Part shown: positions 1-11,621 of the stretch, one piece after another | Layout: the number at the start of each line of letters is the position of its first letter | Numbering within the stretch: the first letter of the stretch is position 1 | Assembly (NCBI RefSeq): GCF_009914755.1 | Contig: NC_060936.1 | DNA from: the human T2T-CHM13v2.0 reference genome, Homo sapiens | Strand: one strand, 5' to 3' | Length of the DNA stretch: 64,000 nt | Made by a program: the position numbers and the translations under genes | The notes under the pieces: model-generated | Seen by the model: the letters and a program-made list of their open reading frames with translations, nothing else | What the model was told of the DNA's origin: nothing | Databases searched by the model: none

Positions 1-274
1 TTAATTGTCAATTTGCATCTTTGAAAGGTGTTGCATTTTCTCTTCTTTCTAGCAGGTTAAGACTAATTCTGTATGTTAATAAATATTATAAACACTTTTC
101 ACGAAAAATGCTGTTTGCTGAGAAGTAAGCTATTATTGTTATTCTCCATTTCCCTCTACTTAATTACACATTACATTTTAAAGTTGATCTTATCAAAACT
201 AGTTACGCTCTTATTTAAAATGTTTTTTCTTCAGAAAAAAAAACTTTTGCTTTTTAAATCAACATTTAGACAAA

Positions 275-486
275 ATGTTTTTAAGGTACCCATTTTTAAT
301 AGACATGAAAAGGATACAAATTAATTAAGGCAAAGTTTCACAAGGACACCTGTGATTTTTAGCTTGGGTAGCTTATTTGGAAATATTTCTTCCTTTGCTT
401 TCTTGTGGTACGTATATACTATAAAAATATGAAAAGTAAAAACAAAAATCCATTTTACAAAGTAACAGGAAAACTGGAGATGCAAA
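275..486 (-). other. Candidate terminal exon of a minus-strand spliced transcript
   Basis: Minus-strand acceptor ctaatgtgtgtctcttttcctatcacggtttttacag|TTTGCA (branch-like CTAAT, pyrimidine tract, AG at 488-487). ATTAAA at 300-295 followed by a TG/T-rich stretch. The 3' end is approximate. Confidence 0.4.
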
Positions 487-1672
487 CTGTAAAAACCGTG
501 ATAGGAAAAGAGACACACATTAGATAAAGATTTCCTTTACACTAGGTTTACAAGTAGTAACTTGGAAAACTACAAGTTCTTAACATGCCCTATCAGTACT
601 AGTTCCAGTAGTTGATTCAGAATGATAAGATCTTTTGATATGCTTGCCAAAGCAGGTATTTTTAATCTACTGCAACACTTTCCCTACCTGATTGCTAAAT
701 ATAAAATACTAAGTCAAATATTATAAGGTAACTCTCGAACTTTTCAGCTTGGAGAGGTGGTATTTAAAAAGATCAAGTGACACTTCCCATCATATCTGCG
801 TGAGGATGTTTAAAGGCCACTTATATTGCTAAAAAAATGGATTTACATGTCGTAAATAGTTTTAATTTACTAAATGTATTTATAGCCTACCTTTTGGCCT
901 AAAAGGATTTAAGAGTGGTAATCTCTACTTGTGTCACTTTGGTTTCTCAGGTGCAAAATCACGGATAAACAATATCTATCAATAACAAAGATCGTACATT
1001 TAAAATGTCTGTAAAGTGCTTTCTAAAATATGAATGTTACATGTGTTATGTATTACGGTTTCTGGGTTTGCTCCTAAACCATGTCATTATTCCAAGAAGA
1101 AGCCCCAACTTTGTGATATACCTTTACATTATAAATATTTAAAAGCTTTCCTGAAAGTATTAACACTTTGAAAGAACATTTTTTTAACATTTAAATCAAC
1201 TCCCCAAACTCAGCCTATCCCTGTCCCCAGGATATTTGTGTAATATATACACATTTTATACATGAGCCCATCCTATAATGTCTCTTACTGCCATTCCACA
1301 TTCTTTTGGATGAAACCTACAAAATCTAACTTTGTAAATCTATTTCCATGGAAAAACAAGAAAAAATAATTACTGGCAGAAAAAGTGGGTGCAGAGAAAT
1401 GGTGACGTGATAGAGAGTGCAATTTTAACATTAAAAGAAGTGAATTCCATTTGCAAATAACTCAGTATGGTCAAGTCATATGACAGGGAAACAGACAAAA
1501 CTCATTAATAGCATAAATGGTTGAAATATCTGACCTTCATTGAAGGATTTTCAGTGTTTTCAATTTTTTTGTTTCTTTTTTTTTTTAACTCTAAAAAGTA
1601 TACTTCCATATTTTAAAATGATTCTGAGACTACAGACTCCATTAATGTATTTCAGGAACTACTTTTCGGACA

Positions 1673-2171
1673 TGTCAAGCTTAGAACACAATAACCCAAA
1701 ATATGGGACCTTGACAATTGAGAAAACTACAGAGCAAGAAGGTCACTTCTGCCTTTCTCCTAGGAAGCATGGTCATAAAAAAATTCCAACCTATCTCACC
1801 TGAAAGTTCATAAGACCCTCATTCCAGACGGTCCTGCCCCATGGGGGGCCAGGAGGTAGAGGTGGGGAATATCATACAGAGACACAGGAAAAATCTGAAC
1901 AAACAGGACTTGCTGTAGTACGCCCCACCCAGTTTATTACTCTAAAATCATACTTCTATTGTCCAATCATGTTTTTCCATGATTATCCATGTAATTCATC
2001 AGACTTAGCATAAAAATATAGTTTTTCCTGGGCCTTTTGAGCCATCATTTCTGAAGGTTCATTAAATAAATTTGTTATGTTTTTCTTTCATTAATCTTTC
2101 TTTCATTATAGGGGTGTCAGGTATGACTCTTGCAATGGCTGAGTTAAATATATTATTTTTTGTCCCCTGCA
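1673..2171 (+). mobile_element. Solo ERV1 LTR, MER34/MER39-like
   Basis: TG...CA ends; acccaaaatatgg near the 5' end, aaatctgaacaaacaggacttgct internally, AATAAA near the 3' end; flanks gaca/aaca resemble a 4-bp TSD. Confidence 0.7.
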
Positions 2172-2989
2172 AACACTATGTACCAAGTTTGTTGAACTAA
2201 TTTTGGGGATTGTGGGATATATGAGGAATAGGATTGAACATTATATTACACAAATTAATTTCCAGTTTTAACTAAAACCTGATGTCTCTGGGCAAAATAA
2301 ATACAATTTAGTCATTATGACCTGAGACTAATTTTAATCATTTTATGTAAATTGATGGGAATTATCTTCAGGTCAAGCTGCTAGTAGAAATGCTGAAGAT
2401 CAACATTCATGTTTATTGAATTCTTGACACCACTTAGTTCTATTTAAAAGCTGAAAAGGTTCCCATCAGACATCTGGCCAGTCATAGTATCCCCAGAATC
2501 AGTGGCTTCCTTCAGTCATGAAGTGTCTATTTGCCTCCTTTTTAAAAAGCATAAAGCTGTGATTAGAAGTATAATGTCTGTGAGGTTCTTGTAAAATATA
2601 TATTTTTAGAAAAACATGCTTCATCCTAGGCAAATATTTAATAGAGTATCAAGGTCATAAACTATTTAAAAATCAAACAAGAGTTTTATGAAATTCCCTT
2701 TAAAAGAAGTGATTTTAAAAATTCTACATAAATTAAACCCAAAGAAATTGGTAGTTGAGAAATTAAGGCCTTTGGTTTACTTAATGAACAGAATAAAACA
2801 TAACTTCTTTTCAACTAACATTGAGACCACAACTATTTATTTTTCTGCTCCCACTGATGACAAATATGTGGGAAATGGATTTAAATCTCAATGTAAAGTA
2901 ATATGTGCAGAAAATTTCTGAGCTTTCTGCAGTTTTAATCTAAACTTTTTTTGTATTTAAGCTTTGTGATCACCTAGCTCCCCTCTCAA

Positions 2990-3338
2990 AAACACTCCAA
3001 GAGTTTCCCATAATATTTGTAGTAAAGTTCAAAACTCTTTTTTTGGCCTAGCAGGTCCTAAATAATCCGATTCTTTGCCCACTGGTATCATTGCAATCCC
3101 TCCAATTGCAGTGAGGTCCTACATCAAGCTTTTGAATTAGCAACCTGCCATTTCTTCACCTTTACCTGCTCTACTTTATACCATTTATTTATTCATTTGT
3201 TTACTCACTTCTGTATCACCAATCAAGTGTAAACAAGGGCATGGACTGTGCTGTCAGGATCACGTTTACAGCCCCAATTCCTAGAACAGTGCTTGGCACA
3301 TAGTAGTTGCTCAGTAAATACCTCGAATGAATGAATAC
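2990..3338 (+). mobile_element. L2 3' fragment
   Basis: Ends cctagaacagtgcttggcacatagtagttgctcagtaaatacctcgaatgaatgaat, the typical L2 terminus. Confidence 0.75.
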
Positions 3339-3525
3339 TCTTTATCTACAATTAGCAGGTCATAAAATGCATAAATCTGTTGGAATTCAGAAAGACATTT
3401 AATTTATGTGGCACTTATTTTTTTGAAGTAAATATTATTTTAATTATCATCAAATAAATTGCTTTTAAAACTATTATCAAATTTAGAGAAACTCTCCAAA
3501 CTCATGAAGCAACTCCGTGACTTAC

Positions 3526-3780
3526 AGGTCTGTCATTTTAAAGACCTGCAACCTTCTTAAAGGTCACTGCTTGCACGCTTATTGTATTCCAGTGCTTTTC
3601 TGTACTACTTTTTCCTTCAAATACTTCCAGCGGTTCTGCTTTTTGGCATATCATTTCAATTCTTCAAAAATTGACTTTGGCATTTTTCTCTATTTTTGTC
3701 AGCCCCGGTTGTATGCTTTTTTCTTTTAAATAACCTTCTGCTTCATACATACAATATGGTGCAGACGCTATACAAGGTTC
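3526..3780 (-). other. Candidate internal exon (255 nt), probably non-coding or decayed coding
   Basis: Acceptor ctcacaccctttgcctcag|GAACC and donor GACCT|gtaagtcac; purine-rich body not recognised as a repeat; length is exactly 85 codons. Confidence 0.5.
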
Positions 3781-3975
3781 CTGAGGCAAAGGGTGTGAGC
3801 ACAAGAAGTTACATGCTCACTGGGCTTTCTTACTACTTTGAAGTGTGTATTTGCTGCCCCTTCTGCCTTGAAGGGTCCCAGATCCTCTAACAAACCTCTA
3901 CTTAAATGATCTAGCTCAAATATCACCTCCTCTGTGAATGTCTCTGATTTCTTCAAAGCAGAAGTTGCTGCTTCT

Positions 3976-4262
3976 GGTTCACACCTGTAACCCCAGCACT
4001 TTGGGAGGCCAAGGCGAGAGGATAGCTTGAGGCCAGGAGTTCAAGACTAACCTGGGCAACAGAGTGAGACCCCATCTCTATAAAAAAATAAAAATTAAAA
4101 GCTGGGTATGATGACATGTGCCTGTATTCCCAGCTACTCAGAAGGCTGAGGTGGAAGGATCACTTGAGCCTAGCAGATCAAAGTTACAGTGAGCTATGAT
4201 CATACCCCTGCACTCCAGCCAGGGCAACAGAGTGAGAATGTATCCAAAAAAAATACAAAAAA
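3976..4262 (+). mobile_element. AluJ, slightly 5'-truncated, inserted into an L2 relic
   Basis: Dimeric Alu with J-type residues; TSD aagttgctgcttct at 3962-3975 and 4263-4276. Confidence 0.93.
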
Positions 4263-4489
4263 AAGTTGCTGCTTCTTCCTCAGTGTTCTGGCAGGACTTT
4301 GTTCAAGGTCTTGGTCTTGATGATGAACTGATCATTCATGCTCCTTGTTTCCCCATTGGACTACTTTGTGCGTATTTCCACTGTATAACACTTTATTGCA
4401 CTTATTTGTGCTTCAGGGTTTAGCCCTCGTATTCATATTCATACGCTCTCTTTCTTTCCATTTTTGTCCACACTCACTTCCTTACTGAT

Positions 4490-5640
4490 GAACCCCAATT
4501 TATATTTATTTTTAGCCCACGCTTCTGTTCAATATTTCTAGCTGGATATTTAATAGGAATGGCAAACTTACTGTTTTTAAAGCTTATCTATTCTTTACCC
4601 TCAAACCTTTTCTCCAAATCTTTATAAATAAAAATGCCCACTTTTCAGTTACTCAGGCCAAAATCCTCAAATCATCTTTGATTCTTCTCCTCACACACTC
4701 AGTCTTCATCTTGATCAAAAAATCCAGTTGATGGAATCTTTAAATGCACTAAGTCATGGTTTTGACCACTTCTAACCACATGTACTGCCACCATGCTGAT
4801 CTAATCCACCATGATCTCGTCTGGCTTATTGTAATAGCCTCCCACCTTGCCTCCCTGTTTCCATTCCTTGACCAAAACCTGTGTCTTCTCCAAACTGCAG
4901 CCAGAGTGATCCTTTTAAATGATAACAGCTCTTGCGATAGTTTGCTGAGAATGATGGTTTCCAGCTTCATCCATGTCCCTACAAAGGACATGAACTCATC
5001 ATTTTTTATGGCTGCATAGTACTCCATGGTGTATATGTGCCACACAGGAAGGGGAACATCACACATCAGAGCCTGTTGTGGAGTAGGGGGAGGGGGGAGG
5101 GATAGCATTAAGAGATATACCTAATGTTAAATGACGAGTTAATGGGTGCAGCACACCAATATGGCACATGTATACATATGTAACTAACCTGCACGTTATG
5201 CACATGTACCCTAAAACTTAAAGTATAATAAAAATAAAAATTAAAAAATAAAAAAAAAACTAGGCTGCTTATACATAAAAAAAAATTATAACAGTTCTCT
5301 CTGCTCAAAACCCTATCAACGCTTCCCATCTCATTCAGAGTCAAGGAAAAAGTCCTTACAATGCCCTATGCGGCCTAAATAATCTGGCCTCCAATTACCT
5401 TCTGACCATATGTCCTTCTATTCACTCCTTCATGCATTCTGCTCCAGGCACATGGACCTCCTTGCACTTCCTTGAACTGCGATTTGCATTCCTTGTTTTA
5501 CTCTGTCCACTACCTGCCATCCACCATGAAGGCAGGGATGTCTCTTTGCTTTGTTCCTCATTATATCCTTGGTACACAGAATTGTGCCTAGAACCTAGTT
5601 GGCAGAGAGCACATATTTGTTGTTGGATACTGCATGGCTC
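4490..5640 (+). mobile_element. L2 (L2a-like), split by an L1 insertion
   Basis: L2 motifs cagccagagtgatccttttaaa and ctctgctcaaaaccct continue across the L1; 3' end gtgcctagaacctagttggcagagagcacatatttgttg. Confidence 0.8.
4931..5282 (+). mobile_element. 5'-inverted, truncated L1PA (L1PA4-like) with TSD
   Basis: 4931-5044 is the antisense end of L1 ORF2 (WHIYTMEYYAAIKNDEFMSFVGTWMKLETIILSKLSQ on the - strand). About 5042-5259 is sense 3'UTR plus poly(A). TSD aaatgataacagctct (4917-4932) / aaattataacagttct (5283-5298). Confidence 0.95.
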
Positions 5641-6940
5641 TAAACTGTTTACCTTGATTATTAATGCATCTGCAATGTTAAGCACAGTTCCAGATATATA
5701 ATAAATATTCAACAAATATTAATGGATGAGTTAATGGATTAATTAATGAGTTAATGAAATACTTTAGCAAGGAACAAAGTCTTAACATAAAGAAACTTCC
5801 CTGAAATCAAATCATATGACAGCTCATTTACTCTACCTCTAGTATTTCTCTTCCCTCTTCACCTCTGCAAAAACTTTTTCAATCTTTCTTTTATTTTAAC
5901 TCATCATCTGTGCTCTTACTAACTAGGTCTAGATAAGTTACACTGCATTTCTAGCTGTCTGTAAAAAATAGCTACAAAATAGCTGAATTTGGGTAAGAAT
6001 GTTTTTTCTATTTTTTCTTCCTATGCACATATATTAAACTTTAAAACTTTTATACAATTAACATATCTTACTTGTACTTTAGTAAAAAGAAAAAAGTTAG
6101 ATTAAGAGATTAAAAAACAAAAAGGGAAAAAATACAGAAACTTCATTCAATGCCTTGAATGTTAGTATTTTAAGAAAACATGAGTTAAGCATATTTGTAA
6201 GGTTTTTTGTGCATCATAATTTATATTATTATGTAAAAAATAGATGTAAAGACATCTCTTCTTCAAAGGTTCAAATTAATACATGTGTAATTATGGCCAA
6301 CTTAATTCCTTCCAATCCCTTACTGGCTTATGACTCTCATTACCAGAATCAAGAGTAAGAAAAAAAAATCAAAATAAAATAAAATATGAAAGTTTCTTTT
6401 TAAATAGTTATCATCCAGCAAATCATTTAGAAATCTTTACTAATTTCCTCTAGTTTCAAATATAAAGGGAAAGTAGTTCAGATAAAAACCATCCTTGTTG
6501 TAACTTTCTAGCATGTGGTCCTCTTTATTCTGAAGGCCTTAGGCTCAAATGAAAGTTACAACTTTAAGTCCCACACAGAAATCTTGAAAGTGCCAAATAT
6601 CTGTTCAACTAACTCAGGCTTCAGAAAACGGAGGCGTGTGACTCTTTTTTGAACCTTCCTTCAAAGCTAAGGCCTTCAGCCACGGGCTTCTCTTTCACAT
6701 CACTTGGGGCCACTGGTGATCAGACAACTGTGAAGCTACCTCAAAAGCTCTGTAGCCTCTGCAGGCACAGCCATGCCAGGGACAGTCACCTGTGTCACTT
6801 GTAGTATTCTCTTCATTGGTAATTACAGAATAAAAATCACTGGAGTCTTAACACATCAGGAACATGCCAGGAAGAAGTATCTCAAGATGATTTTCAAGTG
6901 GCTGGTTTAATCTTTAGCTATATCTTTAGAGAAAGCAGGT

Positions 6941-6979
6941 GGGTGGGGTTGAGGGGAAGGGGAGTAGAAGGGTGGAGGG
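6941..6979 (+). other. G-quadruplex-forming motif
   Basis: gggtggggttgaggggaagggg gives four G-runs with 1-4 nt loops, followed by two more GGG runs. Confidence 0.55.
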
Positions 6980-8637
6980 TCTATCGTGACACCCAGTCAC
7001 ACTTTCTACCACCAAGGGACCAAAGGAGTTCACCACCTTTGGCCCTCATCTGAAGCCCTACCTAAATGAAATGCATACCATCATTTGCCTCTTTCTGACA
7101 TTCAGCAACAGACTTGATATTGGCACAAGTTATCTGAATGATCTGCCATGACAGCACTTTTTCAAAGATTGCCGATTTCCCATGTACTAGGCAAAATTTT
7201 CAGTACTTTCAACTCACTCATCAGAAGTGATTGGAATTCTCTCTCTGGGCCTCTAACTTTTGGGTGTGAAGGAAGGAAGGAAGGAAGAAGAAAATCCGCA
7301 GAACTACAAACTAGTGTGCAGAATTTCACAAGCTTCACCATCTCTTAGCATGTACATAGGAATAATGAAATAGGACTGTGCCAACTATATTTAAATTCCA
7401 CATGTCGTTTCAAAATGTATTTAGAGAGAAATTAAATTTTTTTAAGTTAAAAAATAGAGGCTTCCTTTAAAAAGCATTCCTTATTAGGTAGGATAGTCTT
7501 TATTTTATTTTATTTTTTCTTAAGGCAAAATAGGGTTTCCATTTGTACAAACCCCTTCTAGTGTGAGCAAGAAGCTGGTGGTAGCACAAGATAATTTGGT
7601 CCTGAAGCAGGATTGAAAAAAACTGGAAAGCTTTTTGTAGGTTTTAGCTTTTTAAATGATGGTAACCCTTTACCCAGGGGTCAGAATCTCATAATCTCTA
7701 ATTCTAGGCAACCAGGGAGCAACTAAACTGTTGAAAATGTCCAAGATGAAGCCATTTCCTTAAATCATACAACCTCAATGTGTCATGGAGGAACTCTGAT
7801 AATGAGATAAAGAAAGAGCTGAGATCTTTTATTTTAGGTTCAAGACAATTGACAATTGTGTTTAACAATGAGCACTGACTATAAAATATGCTCTAAGTAT
7901 TATTTTAAGAAAGCAATTTTTAACACATTTAAGAAACTATTCCATCAGAATGTCTTGCATTGGATGAAAAGATTCAGTTATCTGAAATATTACTTACTTT
8001 GAAGACTTGCAATTTTTTGAACATAACAAATGTCATCTGTGTAAAGCAAATTTGAACTTTGACTAAGTACATTTGTCTAAAATAAAATGGTATAATTATT
8101 ATCCTAGTAACAGGAAAGTTTTCTATACCCTTGTCAACACTGCCAGGATATATAAACTTGAATATTAATCTTAAGACAGTCTTGGTCTAGTCATTTAAGA
8201 TTTTCATTTCTATTCCTTAATAGTCTGGCCCCTAAGTGTCTTCACTTAACTAATATCAGAAAAATACTGAGGCATTCTTTCCACTGTTGCTGGGACTTCA
8301 CCACTTCCAAAATCTCAACTCCCATAGTTTCCTTCTCACACAATCTCCATCTCAAAGAGCTATCTGTGATATTCTCTTTGTTAATGCTGACAACAGCTCC
8401 ACCTTCACTCCACCAAGTCATTCAGGCCGTTACACCTTCGTTTCCCTTCCATCTATCAGCCACCTCTTGGCTTCACTTCTTTGTCATAATTCATCACTTA
8501 ACCTACACTCTTTGTTAACACTCTCAATGCTTTACTCCTTTCTCTTTTCATTCAATATAATCTGAAAAATCAAAAGAAGAGATCCCTCCAATATTCGCTC
8601 TTCCCTTATTCAAAATATTAGGAATATAAATATTTCA

Positions 8638-8945
8638 GGCTGGGTGTTGGTGGCTCACGCCTGTAATCCCGGCACTTTGGGAGGCTGAGGTGGGCGGATC
8701 ACCTGAGGTCAGGAGTTCAAGACCAGCCTGTTCAACATGGTGAAACCCCATCTCTACTAAAAATACAAAAATTAGCTGGGCATGGGCACCCAGCTGTAAT
8801 CCCAGCTACTCAGGAGGCTGAGGCATGAGAATCGCTTGAAACCGGGAGGCAGAGATTGCAGTGAACCGAGATCATACCATTGCACTCCAGCCTGGGCGAC
8901 AGAGCAAGACTCTGTCTCAAAAATAATAATAAAATAAAATAAAAC
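8638..8945 (+). mobile_element. AluSx-like
   Basis: Full dimer with a small deletion in the right arm; TSD aaatatttca at 8628-8637 and 8946-8955. Confidence 0.95.
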
Positions 8946-8964
8946 AAATATTTCACAGCCTTCT

Positions 8965-9308
8965 CTTGAGCTAGATGCACCCATGCAGTCAAGTTTCAAG
9001 GATGTAAGCAAAAGCAGTGTGTGTGATTTCTGGGACAGTTGGGTAGGATGCATGCCTTTCCTGTCCTCTTAATTTTTCCTGATATATTAAGTGTAGAGAA
9101 ACGGCTGGAGGATTTGCTCATGAGGTAGGCTGAGAGACGGTACATCTATGACATAGATGAGCCTGTGTTCTTGAAATCATGGCGAGCTATGTTTGTTCTA
9201 GACTGTCTGTCTCAGGATCTTTTGAACAGAGAGACATGCTTTTATCTTGTTTAAGCCTTTGTTATTCTGGCTTATCCTATTATTAGTTGAATCTAAGCCT
9301 AACTAATT
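8965..9308 (+). mobile_element. MLT1 (MLT1J-like) MaLR LTR relic
   Basis: 3' motifs ttatcttgtttaagcc and aagcctaactaat; diverged. Confidence 0.6.
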
Positions 9309-9339
9309 ATGCTGACCATCTGCCTTCTTTACAATTATA

Positions 9340-9470
9340 TATTTAAATGCCACAGTTTCCTCTTCTGTAAAATGAAAATAATAATGGTACCCAACTTATG
9401 AACTTGTGGTGAAGATCAATGATTTGATAGTCCCTAGTACATAACAAACATTAAAAATGTTGGTTATCAT
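9340..9470 (+). mobile_element. MIR
   Basis: Core cagtttcctcttctgtaaaatgaaaataataatggtacc. Confidence 0.75.
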
Positions 9471-9619
9471 TAGCATTACCCAGATACAACCCAGTGATGC
9501 TGGGGAAAACTGCAAAACCATTAGGATTGGTAATACTGAGCCTTCAGTGAGAGTAGTATCATTTCATTTGCTTCCATTGATCATCTAATCCAATTCCTTC
9601 AGTGACTATTCTACAGATT

Positions 9620-10800
9620 AACACTCTCCTAATATTTACTCATCCCCCAATTCCAAGGACCCTCACCAGATGACACCTCACACCGCAAAACTGGGGCCAC
9701 AAGGCATATCCTCCTTCCACACAGAATGACTTGCCTCCACCTGTGTGTCTTCTCACTCAAGCCACTTCTTTGTCTTCTACCACTCCTGAGGAAGAGGTGC
9801 TCTTCTTCTGTGCTGGGATCATCCCTCTGCCTGGCTCTAGATGCCATGCTCTTCCATTCCTTTCACCCCTCCCTTGTGTATCTAACTTTTGCTTTCTATT
9901 GATTTAGCTCATCCTTGTCAATAAACACGCTCAAATTTCTACCAGCACTAAGCATGCTCATTCACGCATCCCCCTCAAGCTGACATATTCTCTCCCTTTC
10001 CCTGTTTATCCATACATCTGACAACTCACTACTCCACTATCAACCCCCATCAGTGAAGTCATTAAATATTTCTTTGTTTCCAAATCCAGTTCTTACGTAA
10101 CTTGATCATCACAAGTCACCTATTTTTCGAAGCCAGAAAGCTGGGAGTCATCTTGGATTCTACTTCTCCTTTATGTCCCATAATCAATTAATCACCAATA
10201 TTGATACTACCCCCTAACTATCTTAAAAGTCATCCTTCTTTCTGTATTCTCACTGCTATTTTCTTTCTCCAAGCCCTCTTCATATGCTATCTGAATTTGT
10301 GAAGTAATCTCCGGAGTGGTTTTCCAGTCTTTTTACCCCTTGAAATCCATCCCACACATGGTTCTGAGTGCTCTTTCTGAACTATAACTTGAATTCTGTT
10401 ACTATTTTGCAAAACAAAATAGAGCTCTATGGTACGGTGTGCAAGACTTTTCATTATGGAGAATCTAGTTAGAGTCCCTCTTTCATCTCCTAAGGCCATC
10501 ATCTTGCACTATCAAATTAATGATGTGACATGCAATTTCATCCTTCTTGGAACCAAAGTTTATCCCTCAAACCTCACTCAAACGTCACCTCTTCTCTGAT
10601 GGCTTCCATGATCAGCCCCATTCCTGACAAACTTAACAATTCCTTCATTTGTTTAGTAACTCAGTAGGTTACACATGCTTATGTTATCACTCATGTCATG
10701 GTTGACTGTGGATGTTTGTTTATATTTCTACTAGACTGCTAAACTTCTTCTAGACAGGTACAGCTTTCATTCATTTTGCATTCTCAGTGTCTACCACAGT
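9620..10800 (+). mobile_element. Diverged L2 (L2c-like) fragments
   Basis: Pyrimidine-rich L2 motifs (agccagaaagctgggagtcatcttggattc; ctactagactgctaaacttc). Confidence 0.6.
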
Positions 10801-11293
10801 GATAAAACTCCAGATGGCCATGTAAACATACAGAAAAGATTTGGAAAAAGTTACCCAAGTTGCACAAAATTACCAAAGGGGGAAAAGTATTACTTTAATA
10901 GGCAAGGAATCCATTTAGGTTGTTTTGGTTTTCACACAATCGAGTTAGAAATTGTTTTATAAAATGTTCCCTCCTAGTTAACCCAAATAAGTAGCTTTAA
11001 TATGAGTTTTCTCTCTTTACCAAGTTTTCCTTTATAGGTCTTATTTTTAGCTCCTCAATATTGAACTCTTGATAACTTCATCTCACTATTCATTTTGTAA
11101 CGATGTCACACTAAATTGATTGTCCTCCACCAAATTTCCTCAATTCCTATATCTATTCTTCAGAGCAAAGTCTTATCTAGTGTCTTTGTTATTAGTTGTA
11201 ACTTTACTTTCCTGGAAAATATCAGCAGATTTAATTTTTCTTTAATACAAATCTGAGCACATTTTGAAGATGCTTAAATAAGATCCACTGTGC

Positions 11294-11621
<328 letters not shown>

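Noticed and set aside
4749-5108. 119-aa ORF containing real L1 ORF2 C-terminal residues
   Set aside because: A chimera of antisense L1 3'UTR, the inverted ORF2 fragment and L2; a by-product of the inversion, not a gene.
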